Assembly: GCA_965153355.1 (NCBI GenBank)
Contig: OZ231126.1
Coordinates: forward strand, 47,244,001-47,308,000
Direction of reading: 5' to 3'
Origin: Flaccisagitta enflata
Lineage: Eukaryota
DNA: 64,000 nt
In this document: in pieces, positions 37,269 to 50,400 of the stretch
Numbering within the stretch: the first letter of the stretch is position 1
How the letters are laid out: each line of letters begins with the position of its first letter
The notes under the pieces: generated by a model
Database searches by the model: none
Told to the model about the DNA's origin: nothing
The model's input: the letters and a program-made list of their open reading frames with translations, nothing else
Translations under genes and position numbers: made by a program

Positions 37269-40200
37269 CAGCTGGCGGACCTTAAATCCGTTGGAATTAG
37301 CGGGACCCCTCTTGATTTAGTTGATTTCAACAGTTTCAACAGGATATTTACTATAGTTTATATAGCAAAAAATATAAATAACAATTTTACTCAAAATACG
37401 TCGTCTTCAATTTTTTTCATTTCCTGGCCATTAAGGGCCCTAAGTGAGCCAACTTTGGTGAAACAATAATCTCAGATACTCCCTGCCCCTAAGGGGCCCA
37501 AAATTGGGGCAAAAAAAATTTGATGTTAAATCCGTTGGTTTTAGCGGGGGCAGGGTCACTTTTTTAAATCACCATGCTAAAACCGCTGATTCTAACGGGT
37601 TTAACGGCAAATTCCCCTATTTTGGTCCTCCACATGCATATCCAGTATCTTGAGACCCTATTCAATGACAAAAAAGAATAAGTAAGCACACATAAGCAAG
37701 CATGAGCCAGCATGAACAAGCATGCTAAAACTGCTGATTTTAACGGGTTTAACGGCAAATTCCCCAATTTTGGTCCTCCACATGCATATCCAGTATCTTG
37801 AGACCCTATCTAATGACAAAAAAAAAAATAAGTGAGCACACATGAGCAAGCATGAGCAAGCATGCTAAAACCGCTGATTTTAACGGGTTTAATGGCGAAT
37901 TCCCCTATTTTGGTCCTCCACATGCATATCCAGTATCTTGAGACCCTATTTGTTGACAAAAAAGAATAAGTGAGCACACATGAGCACACATGAGCAAGCA
38001 TGAGCAAGCATGCTAAAACCGCTGATTTTAACAGGTTTAACTTCAAATTCCCCAATTTTGGTCCTCCACATGCATATCCAGTATCTTGAGACCCTATTAA
38101 ATGACAAAAAAGAATAAGTGAGCACACTACCAGCCAGAACACAGAATGAGTTGAGGTAGAATGATCGTCTCTCACATTGATAGTTTTTGGGTCATTGTAG
38201 TGTGTACAATATAAATCTAAAAGAAACTAAATCACTTTTGGGGCGCTTTTTGAAATATATGCAAAAATGGTGTAAATCTAGTACATTTTTCATCATAACT
38301 CTTTGTGGTGAACTTTTCTGGTATTTTTGACTGCAGATTCGGATTCAGTGAGTGCTTTGCGGTTCGTTTGATATGTCACACTATATATTTTTGAAGAAGA
38401 AATAAAAAGTTAATTTTTTCATCATATTGCTATAAAATACATTTATTTTTAATGATATTTTGAAAAAATAAGCTTTTTCTTCTTTTTCAAAAGTATATAG
38501 TGTGACATATCAAACAAACCGCAAGCTAACCACTGAGTCCAAATCTGCGGTCAAAAATGCTAAAATAAATCATCACAAAGAGTTATGATGAAAAATGTAC
38601 TAAATTTGTACTATTTTTGTAAATATTTCAAAAAGCGCTCCAAAAATGATTTAGTTCTTTTTACATTTGTATTATACACATCACAAAGACTCAGAACCTA
38701 TCAGAGTTGTAGACGATCATTTCAAGTCAACTAATTCCGTGTTCTGGCGGACAGTGAGCACACATGAGCACACATGAGCAAGCATGAGCAAACATGAGCA
38801 AGCATGCTAAAACCGCTGATTTTAACGGGTTTAATGGCAAATTCCCCTGTTTAACGTCAAATGCCCCTATTTTGGTTCTCCACATGCATATCCAGTATCT
38901 TGAGACCCTATTTAATGACAGAAAGAATAAGTAAGCACACCTGAGCACATATGAGCAAGCATGAGCAAGCATGAGCAAGCATGCTAAAACCGCTGATTTT
39001 AATGGGTTTAACGGCAAAATTCCCTATTTCTGTCCCCACATGCTAATTTGACATCATGAAAACCTCTATGGTAACAAAAAAAAACAAGTGAGCACACATA
39101 AGCAATGCTAAATCTGCTGATTTTATCGGGTTTAACATAGAAATCCCCTATTTTGGCCCTCTACATGCTTATTAAACATCATGAAACCCTCTTTGATGAC
39201 AAAAAAGAGTGAGTGTGAGCAGTGAGCACACATGAGCAAGCATGAGCAGGAATGCTAAATCCGCTAATTCTTACAGGTTTAACATTAAAATCCCCAATTT
39301 TGGTCCTCCACATGCTGTTTTGATATCATGAGACCCTCTATGGTTACAATAAAGAACAAGTGAGCACTCATGAGCAAGAAAACAAGGCCGTATACACGAG
39401 CCAAAGTTGCGTGCTCATGCTTGCTCATGCTTGCTCATGCCTGCTCATGTGTGCTAACTTGCTCTTTTTTGTAACCATAGAGGTTCTCAGGATGTCAAAT
39501 AAGCATGTGGAGGAGCAAAATAGGGGATTTTGGCGTTAAGCCCGTTAACTTCAGCGGTTTTAGCATGCATACTCATGCTTGCTCATGCTTGCTAATGTGT
39601 GCTCACTTACTCTTTTTTGTTATCATATAGGGTCTCAAGATGCTAGATATGCATGTGAGGGACCAAAATAGGGGATTTTGCCGTTAAAATCAGCAGTTTT
39701 AGCATGCTTGCTCATGCTTGCTCATGCTTGCTCATGATTGCTCACTTATTCTTTTTTGTCATTAGATCGGGTCTCATGAAACTGGATATGCATGTGGAGG
39801 ACCAAAGTAGGGGAATTTGCCATTAAACCCGTTGAAATCAGCAGTTTTAGCATGCTTGCTCATGCTTGCTCATGCTTGCTCATGTGTGCTCATGTGTGCT
39901 CACTTATTCTTTTTAGTCATTAAATAGGGTCTCAAGATACTGGATATGCATGTGGAGGACCAAAATAGGGGAATTTGCCGTTAAACCCGTTAAAATCAGC
40001 GGTTTTAGCATGCTTGCTCATGCTTGCTCATGTGTGCTCATGTGTGCTCACTTATTCTTTCTTGTCATAGGGTCTCAAGATACTGGATATGCATGTGGAG
40101 GACCAAAATTGGGGAATTTGCCGTTAAACACGTTAAAATCAGCGGTTTTAGCATGCTTGTTCATGCTGGCTCATGCTTGCTCATGTGTGCTCACTTATTC

Positions 40201-41366
40201 TTTTTTGTCATTGAATAGGGTCTCAAGATACTGGATATGCATGTGGAGGACCAAAACAGGGGAATTTGCCATTAAACCCGTTAAAATCAGCGGTTTTAGC
40301 ATGCTTGCTCATGTTTGCTTATGCTTGCTCATGTGTGCTCATGTGTGCTCACTTATTCTTTTTTGTCATCTAATAGGGTCTCAAGATACTGGATATGCAT
40401 GTGGAGGACCAAAATTGGGGAATTTGACGTTAAACCCGTTAAAATCAGCGGTTTTAGCATGCTTGCTCATGCTTGCTCATGCTTGCTCATGTGTGCTCAT
40501 GTGTGCTCACTTATTCTTTTTTGTCATTAAATAGGGTCTCAAGATACTGGATATGCATGTGGAGGACCAAAATTGGGGAATTTGACGTTAAACCCGTTAA
40601 AATCAGCGGTTTTAGCATGCTTGCTCATGCTTGCTCATGTGTGCTCATGTGTGCTCACTTATTCTTTTTTGTCATTAAATAGGGTCTCAAGATACTGGAT
40701 ATGCATGTGGAGGACCAAAATAGGGGAATTTGCCATTAAACCCGTTAAAATCAGCGGTTTTAGCATGCTTGCTCATGCTTGCTCATGTGTGCTCATGTGT
40801 GCTCACTTATTTTTTTTTGTCATTAGATAGGGTCTCAAGATACTGGATATGCATGTGGAGGACCAAAATTGGGGAATTTGCCGTTAAACCCGTTAAAATC
40901 AGCAGTTTTAGCATGCTTGTTCATGCTGGCTCATGCTTGCTCATGTGTGCTCACTTATTCTTTTTTGTCATTGAATAGGGTCTCATCATACTGGATATGC
41001 ATGTGGAGGACCAAAATAGGGGAATTTGCCGTTAAACCCGTTAGAATCAGCGGTTTTAGCATGGTGATTTAAAAAGTGACCCTGCCCCCGCTAAAACCAA
41101 CGGATTTAACATCAAATTTTTTTTGCCCCAATTTTGGGCCCCTTAGGGGCGGGGAGTATCTGAGATTATTGTTTCACCAAAGTTGGCTCACTTAGGGCCC
41201 TCAATGGCCAGAAAATGAAAAAAATCGAAGATGACGTATTTTGAGTAAAATTGTTATTTATATTTTTTGCTATATAAACTATAGTAAATATCCTGTTGAA
41301 ACTGTTGAAATCAACTGAATCAAGAGGGGTCCCGCTAATTCCAACGGATTTAAGGTCCGCCAGCTG
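37269..41366. mobile_element. 4.1-kb foldback element with ~300-bp TIRs and inverted arrays of a ~140-160-bp satellite
   Basis: CAGCTGGCGGACCTTAAATCCGTTGG...CCAACGGATTTAAGGTCCGCCAGCTG flanked by direct TTTTA (37264-37268, 41367-41371). Satellite units (GGGTCTCAAGATACTGGATATGCATGTGGAGGACCAAAA...) point in opposite directions either side of ~39380-39410. Confidence 0.9.
38125..38756. mobile_element. Palindromic CAC...GTG MITE with 4-bp TSD (Chapaev/CMC-like)
   Basis: AGCA|CACTACCAGCCAGAACAC...GTGTTCTGGCGGACAGTG|AGCA, inserted into a satellite unit. Confidence 0.8.
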
Positions 41367-41466
41367 TTTTACGCCGCAGATTGCTATATATCCAGTCTCT
41401 GCATATGATTGTCAAGGTCGGTGTAGCCGTTTTCAATGCAAGTCGGGTTAGTTGGTCCGTTCTGCC

Positions 41467-44400
41467 CTACTCATCTTTTTCCTCTTCCTCGGGCACACAG
41501 ACGAAAAGCTTTTGAGCTCCGTGAGTGAGTGAAATCATGAACCGCTGAAAGGCTTTAGGCTTCTTCTCCCAACAAACCCCCAGCCAGTAAACGGGCACGC
41601 CCAGGATAATGATGAGAAGTCCAATGCCTAATGGAACGTCGTGAAAAAAAAACAAGGCCGGATACACAGCTACCCCAGTCGCGTGCGGGTGGGCAGAGGC
41701 CATAATTGAGTTCAGTGGAGCATTTGGGCAGGAGCAGTAAGGCCGAAAACCCCGTTAACGCCGAAAAAGTAAAGTGTGACGGATGGTCGGACCGACGGAT
41801 GGACCGACAAAGCGGGGTGTAGAGTCGCGTAGCACGCGACTAAGAACCAATGCAAATTTCGCGGAATATGATGTGAAACTAGGGATGTGTAAGCGGTCGA
41901 TTTTCATGCCGCTTCCACCGCTTTCGCTTCCATTTTACAGTACAAATACTAGTAGCTATCCCATCCTCCAAATTGGAAGCGGTCAATCGCTTCCACATCC
42001 CTATGTGAAACAATTAAAATCCCGCTGAATAGCATATACTACACGTAACTTAGGCAATGTTGTTTCAACTATCGCCCAAGAAAATCATAATTACAGTTGC
42101 AATGAAAATACAATGCGAGGAGCCGCAAAATCTCTAGCAACCCCCCCTGCAGCTTTTACTGTAAATATAACAGGGGTGAATGAAATGGTAGATGCTAGTA
42201 TATTTCAATTCAATTCCCGCCATCAAAGCAATTTTTCAATTTCTTCATAGTATCTGAGATAATAGCCATAATGGGGCAAAATTCAATGCTTACAAAAATG
42301 GTTGATTTTGACCCTTTAAAAGGCTGTTTCTGGAAAACTAAGATGAAATGAAAAAATCGCCCCGATGGCGGGAATTATATTGGGACAAGTTATCAGCTAC
42401 TACCTTAAAAGTTAACTTAATATCAATTGTTTCAGCTGCAGGGGGGGTTGCTAGAGATTTTCGCTGCTCCTCTTATTGTATTTTCATTGCCTCTGTAAAC
42501 TAAAAGTCGTGCCCAGAGGCAAAATTAAAAAGCCGGTTTAATCACAAAATTTCCTCTGTTCTTACGCTCAGTCACGTTCTTACCTATATCTTCTGGCGCC
42601 GTATAGAGTGGGAAAATGACCAAAAATAAGCAGATCAAGAGAAAAAGTATGTAGACGATGTGAGGATTCTTGATGGGACGTTCGAGATCCGGTTGCTTCC
42701 ACCTGAAGACAAAATAAGGAATAATATCACGCTTTTATCATGATTTATATAAAAACCGGTATGATGGACCGATGGCGCAGTTGAAAGAAAAAGCACTCAC
42801 TGCACCACATCCCTGCACCACGAAAAATAAATACCCGTCAAGCCCCCATCACCCCCTTTTCACTACCAATACACCTTTAGCAGTTGCAGTTGAAGGACTG
42901 AAGTACAGTTTAGATAAAAAGCAGTTGTTAATTCCCATACAGATACAGCCAATACAACGGATCCAAGAGAAACGGAAATCCGCCAGTAACGGATTTGAAA
43001 ATTTGTTTCTGTTAAATCTTTTGATAATTTTTTTGTTAGAGCCTTGAAATCCGTTATAGCAGGGTTCAACTGTAGTTACTAATGCTATCATTACTATTTG
43101 ACTAACCTGAGCCAAGGAATGATCGCGATGCAGACAGCCATGAAGAAAAATTCGGCAAAAGTTAAATAGTTGATGAGGAAAAAGACGTCTTTCGGGATGA
43201 GCATGACCAGCGATAGGACGCACTCGAAGATCACCCTGTAAATTTGACAATAATGAGTATGCGTGAACGACAAGAGTACGCAACGTATCGCGGAAGCGCT
43301 GACATGACAGACTGGCTACTTACGCGGTTATGGGCGTGAGATGCTTGACGTGGATGAGAGCTAAAACGTTGGGCAGATGTCCTTGTTGAGCGGCGGTGAA
43401 GAAAGTTCTCGACGTCGTCATGATGCAACCGTTAAGACCTCCGAAACACGACATCGCCACGAAAACAGGGACGCACCACGAAAATATGCCCATCATTCTC
43501 TCTGCAAACGTGACGGCAGTTGCCTGGGAAACGCAGTCGGAATCATGATAGAATTGGGAGATATAAATCAAGCCTCGGAATCCCAAGGAAAATTTGGCAT
43601 TTAACATCCAACATAACTTAATGCGATCATACGCGTTATCGTCTTATCACTGTTGCGTCATATCACTGTTGCGTTCTATGTATTAAACCTTGTTGTTATC
43701 CAATGTCGTGATAAAAAGACAAAATTGAATTGCAACTGCTCGAGATCAATCTATGGTCTATATGCTTAACATGTTGCCTTTATCTTTCTCTCTACAGTCG
43801 GAATAAACTACACTGACCATAAAAGATTACAGTAATGTCGTCTAGACTTGGAAATACGGGGGAATTCATCACAAGAAGACAGATAAACTTAAAACACCGA
43901 TATAGTGAATATAAACTAATGAAAGGATGCTTTATTTCTTTTGAGTATTGGTTGCCATGGAAATACATTTTTATGTATTCATGCTAAAGTGTCAATATTT
44001 TGAGAAATTCTTTGAGGGAACATTGTTTAAAATAAAATTTGCCACAACTTTCCCACAATGTGTTCTGTAAGAATATCGCTCATTTGGCAGTTGCTAGGGA
44101 GCATCACAGGGCTGTCACACATAGATACGCTCCCTAGCAACGGCTAAATGAGCGATATTCTTAAAGAGCGTATTATGGGAAAGCTGTTATAAAGTTGTGG
44201 CAAATTTTATCTTAAACAATGTTCTCTCAAAAATCTCTCAAAAATTTCTTTAAATATTGATACTTTAGCGTTAATACATGGAAATGTGTTTCAACGGAAA
44301 CTAACACCAATAGGCAATAAAACATCCTATTATTAATCCATACTTCAAATATCAGTCTCTTAAGTATATTGGTTTTGCTGTAATGAATTCACTCACATTT

Positions 44401-47400
44401 CCAAGTCTAGACGACATCTACTGTACCAACTAGCTCACAAAATATGCGGACACCTGAAATCAAACATCCAGTTAGAAGAAAAATTAAATTAATTTATCCA
44501 TTAACACCAAATCAATACCATTTTAAAGAATTGTTTAAACTAGAGATGTGGAAGCCGTTGATTTTAATGCCGCTTCCGCTTCTGTTCTAAAATACGTATA
44601 CAAGTAGTTATCCCATTCTTTAAATTGGAAGCGGTGAATCACTTCCATAGCCCTAGTTTAAACCCCTAAATGCAATAGCAATCAAGGGACAAAACTTTAT
44701 ATGTTAAAGCATAGTATTTTTTCAAATTAATATTTTTTTCAGATATTGATGTTTTTATCAGGCGTTTGTACATTTATGAACCAGTTACAAAGTAGGCCGG
44801 GCTAAGTTTGGGCTGTCAAAGAAACTTATTTTCCAAACAATTTTCTTCACACTTTTTTTGTATAATTGAAGCCTAATCTACTTGCAAGTCTTGCATAATC
44901 AATTTGGACTCGATCAAGGCACTATCAATGCTGTAGTGATAAAGAATTGATTGCAGTAATTAAGTGGAATTTTTTTCATCATTCTTTACAACTTAAGCAT
45001 TGATGATAGAGTGTCAAGATCAAGTCTCTCAATTTCACAAAGATATTAGCCTCCAAATCTAATTAAACAAAAAGAACATGAAAAATTTTTGGAAATAATT
45101 TTGTTTGCGAATACCCGTATTAAATCCAACCTACTACCGTACTTCGTAGATAGTACCATTATCAGTTAGGGTGAAGTGGGGTAGAATGGGTCACTTTTTC
45201 GAATAAATTTTTAATATTTCTTAAATCTTTATAAAAATGAAGAATTTTTTGATTGACTATGGATCATGTGTATTTTCTCTACTACCACAAAAAAGAAAAT
45301 TGCCTCTAAAAGATCAGTAACTCTTTTTAACTCTTTTTAACTCTTTTTAACTCTTTTTAACTCTTTTTAACTCTTTTTAACTCTTTTTAACTCTTTTTAA
45401 CTCTTTTTAACTCTTTTTAAGGACGATATCAGCAACAAACTCACGCTTGGCCTTTAAAAAATCACCTTTTTAGAAACAGATACTTCTGGTTGACTATGAG
45501 AGAAATTTTTTTTGAAAAAAAAGTTAGTCTCAATCGATTCAAAACTATATAAAACGTTTAAACATCTTGTGTTCTAAAAATTGACATTTTTTTCACTTTT
45601 AACTTTTTTTTTTACATAAGTACATATGCCATAAGAGGGGTAGCGACTAGCAGATGTCACCCTGCCCCCTAGGCTGGTCTCGCCTAAATGAAAGCTTCAT
45701 GATTCACATGCGTATACTAGGTTTTGCATAAGTGAGTTTTCACATAAAATTTCATAAGAATTGGGTGAGGTGTTATCAAGATATCATTACCAACTTTTGA
45801 TGAAAACCGAATTGGGCGGTTTGCGTGTTATTTGTGGAAAAATAGTAATTGTCCAAAATTCAATTTTCACTACTTGGACTGTGAAAACTCGAAGAAACCA
45901 AGCCAAATTCATATGGATTGCCAACAATTTTAGGGTCATTGCTATTGAAGTTAACACATTTTCTGAGAAATATCTGTTAGGTATCATAAGTGAACGTAAG
46001 TGGGACAATTAAATTGTGGAAAAATAGTAATTGTCCAAAATTCAAGATTTTATCATAACTATTCCGTCTTTAAATTTTTTTGCGTGATTTTTTTTGGCAG
46101 TCTTCCTTGTGAAATGGGGGCTTACCCAAGCCCAAATTTGTCTGCTTTCTCACCCCTACTGAGGATGAAATTGATGTCATTTGCCATTCCCTTCAAATTT
46201 GTCCACAATTGCGTTCTTTTCCTTGCTCACTTTCAGGTGCTAAAAAAGTCCAATTTCGGACAGTTCATGTTTCCAGCGAGACAATATCAATCAAATATGA
46301 CCAAACACCCTCAATGAATATTAATGGTCGTTAAAACAACAAAATGGGCCTCATGAAAATGGATAACTAAGATCTGTTACAGTTTGTTACATGAAAATGA
46401 AGAGCAAAAGCCCCCTTTGATGGACACGTTTTATGGTTATAATGAAATATTTGCCAATTTTTTCCGGCCTAATATTGAACGAGTATACCTCCCCTGGCTT
46501 TAGATAGCAATGGTACCAATTGAAAGTCCCTCATGTACTGAAAATGCCCTGTTAGCCTTGCGTTGGTCTTGGAAATTGGACGTGTGAGCCTCTTGCTGAA
46601 ATCGTCCTTGACTCTTTTTATCTTTTTTTAACTTTTATTTTTAACTTTTTTTTACTGTTTTTATTTCTTCTTAACTGTTTTTAACTCTTTTTAGCCTTTT
46701 GATTTTAACCTATACTTTTCAGCCAATTTTTGATGAACTTGTACAAGGTATTACCTTTTTAACTTTTTTTAAAATTCTTTTAAACTCTTTTTAACTCTAA
46801 CTTTTTTTAACTTTTTTTGAAAAAAGTATTTTAACTCTGGTTTTTTAACTTTTTTTAACGAGGTTTTTAACCCTTTTTAACTCGTTTTAACTCTTTTTAA
46901 CTCAACATTAAAAGTTACAAAGAGTTAAAATGAGTTAAAAACTTTTTAGCTTTCCGACCCCCGATTATAGCAAAATAAAAAAAAAAGTCAAGTGACCCAT
47001 TTTACCCCACTCTACCCTAATCACCCAGAATTAAAAGTCACACTGCACGTTATGGACATCCTTTGGGCTAGATGCCTTCATCATACGACATGCCCCTACC
47101 TCAGAGAGTACAACTTCGTACGGTGTCAAGACCGTAAAGTAGGCAATATTGGCCAAGACGTAGATGACCGTGATCAATGGCATTCCGATGAAAATCGCCA
47201 GAGGTAGAGTGCGGTAAGGATTTTTCATTTCGGCGGTCATGAAGTTGAGATAATTCCTTTGAAAAGAGCAATGAATCATCGTCAGAGGAAAAGATAAAAC
47301 TTACTGAGGTTCAAATAATATTATTTCTAAATAACACACATGCAGCAGCCTTGAGTATCGCAACGACCATCAATCCATCAATCGAATGACCTACCATCCC

Positions 47401-50400
47401 GCGTAAGAGAAGATGCCAGAATAGAAGGCCAATGATATTTTGCCCGTGTCCGTCGTCGACCCTTCAAAGGCGTCTGTGAAATTGCCTGTCCGTCCTGAAG
47501 GAGGGAAGCGAATGAAGAAAATTAAGTATTCATTGACTAACAGGGTTGCACTAGTAATATGCATACCGCATACAGTAGTGAGAATCCAAAAATCACCGAT
47601 ACTGCCTACCTTGTCCTAATGCAACCATTCCAACGACAATGATGATGACGAGAGCGAGTACTTTTGCCACAGTGAAGATGTTTTGAACCTTCGCAGCCCA
47701 TTTTACCGATAGACAGTTGATGGCTCCTATGAAGACTGGAAAGATAAAAGGAACCTCATAAGTGGATAAAATAAAAGACGGTGAGCTTTGACACAATCAA
47801 GATAACTAGAAGTGAGTCCACTGAGCTTTGACACAACCAAGATAACTAGAAGCGAGTCAACTGAGCGGGTTAACTAGGCATTATGTAGCAGAGTTAAAAT
47901 TAAAAAAAACTGAGCAAAACGCGAACGCAATTTTAATGGAATGGTTTGTACTGTAGACGACAACGGTTACAAATCTTAGAGATCGGACTGAGAAGCTTCT
48001 AAACGAATGTAGACGTCGCTTTGGCTAACCCGATTTTGACACATTTCACAAACAAGTCTTTTGAAACTATAACTGCATCCCCTTTCAGTTCTCCTTCGAG
48101 GTCGTCCGCAGTGTCTCCTATCGCTACATGAACTTGGCAAGATTCCGGGATACCCATACTCGCCATCGCTTGAACGCTTTGTTCATGAAAGATGTAACCT
48201 GGAAAGAATAGGTCATTTCAGTTCAAAAAAGAGTTTAACTTCTGGTGTTAAAATAAATAAAAATGGCGCATGGGGAACTGCTGATTTCGCAGGAGCAAGA
48301 GGGTATTACCATACGACTAAAAAAAAAGACGCACTTTTGGATGATTAATTTAACTTATAAATCAAAGAAAAATCTATCAAAATTTTAGGTCATCTGAAAG
48401 CCCTTCAAAAGTACTTTCATTTTGCGCCAATCTGGTATTGCTATCCTTTTTCGTTTAGCAATGGCATTAGTTTGAGTAAAAACGTTGCCCATTTCAGTTT
48501 CGCAATCCCTATATAAAAATGCATTTTAACAAATTAGTGCTTCTCTTTGCAGGGCTCTAGCTTCTAAATCGTTTGAAATACAGAGCTGGGATTAGTCTAG
48601 ATTGAAAGATTTTTCAAAAATCTTTAAAAATGTCCTCTTTAGTAAATATAAAGATTAATTTTTATACCAGTTTTATCAATTTATAAACAGGTGCGTCTTT
48701 TTTTTTCCAGTCGAGTGGTAAACATTCAACAACTTGCCTTTGCCTTCTGGGTCGATGATGTTAAACACGGCTTCGATGTTGGAATCGTCGAACAATATGG
48801 GACAATGCTTGAAAAGCGTTTCTGGATTCGCGGTTGATGATGAGATGGACTTAGCTTGACGCAACGCCAACAGAAAGTTCAGACAGAACTTACTCGGATG
48901 TTCGGGCTTGTGATAAACGAGTGACGCCGTGAGATTATCGAATAACTCGCTTATCTGAAAAAAGGATGAAATCATCTTAATCGCATTTTGCTAATTGGCG
49001 ATATCACTTGCAGTTGACATACGTTTGTGCATCTACATACCTTATGACGTTTTAAATAATCCCTTGCTTCTTTTTCTCTCGCCGTGAGTGAGCGGCTTTG
49101 AGTCGCCGATGACGCCATTTTTATGTGCAATTATTACCGTCCAAAAATTGTCACGTAAAGGCATCAAAAACAGGAGAACGCGCCATCACAACTTGGTTAC
49201 CAGGCAACCCAGTAATTCCTTTTATCTTGCAACCCGAAGTTTTATAAGGCACGAAGAAATTCGAAAAAAGTTTGAATTTGGACGAAGAAAGGCAGAAGAT
49301 TATAAATCATTCGATTAACATATTTGGATGTCGACTTGAAACTTGAATTTCGAAATCTACGCTTCAGACAGAAATATGATTTACTCGTAAATTGTTATTC
49401 ACTAAGCCTTCACAATCTATGATTGACTCACCCAAACCTTTCTTTTATAGATCTGTAGTAGGGTAGCGCCGCGTCTCGTACAGCCAAACTCTGATTAGAA
49501 CTACGCATCGTCAGAGTCAAGAATATTTGCAAAGATTAAACCTTTTCTCATATTCACTCCACTTTTTTTAACCTTTTGAATCCCCATATTTTTAGTCGCG
49601 TGCACGCGACTCCACAACCCGCTTTGTCCGTCGGTCGGTCACACTTTACTTTTTTACCACTTTTATTTCTTTAAGTCATTTTTAGTCATTCTAAGTAATT
49701 TTAAGTAATTTTAAGTAATTCTAAGGCATTCTTAGTCGTTCTAACTCGTTTTAAGTCATTATAAGTCATTAGGTCATTTTGTCACTTTAAGTCCTTTTCG
49801 GTCATATTAAGTAATTTATAGTCATTCTAAGTCATTTTAAGTAATTCTAAGTCATTTTAAGTAATTCTAAGTCATCAAAGTCCGTAAGTCTCGCACGAGA
49901 CTTTAGGTGTTGGTCTAGTTTTCTTTTTCCTGTTTGTCCTTTTTTGTTTCTCCTCAAGGGCCCACCGGGACCACATCGGAGAAACTACCGTCGGTATGAT
50001 TAAATATTACTTTTCGTGACCTCTATCGATAAGTAGTCTTACCTATGGCTGCAGCGGCCAGTAGTCGAACGGCGTTTTCGGGAGATTTGCAGTCGGGAAA
50101 CATGGGTTGAAGCACGTACAAAGCAAAGGTTATCCCGATAGCGGCGTTCGAGGTGGGAAAAATAATCATCACTTGCGTCCAAATGTAAAGAAACGCAGCG
50201 AAGTTCCCCCAGACGTGCTGATCAAAGGCAATTTTTATTTCTTACATGGCTAAATGTCTCGTCGGTATTTATGCTAAATTAGCCCGTCTTTCGACCCAAA
50301 AAAGAAAATCTCTGCTGTCTAAAGTTAACATCAAGTCAATACAGGGGTGTATATAGTTGAGCGGCTTTTGATTTTATTCCCCCCCCCTGCCTTTGATTTT

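Noticed and set aside
39411-41065. Regular repeats resembling a CRISPR array, and the repeated MWRTKIGEF ORFs
   Set aside because: Whole units repeat with no unique spacers, there are no cas genes, and the context is eukaryotic. It is a satellite.
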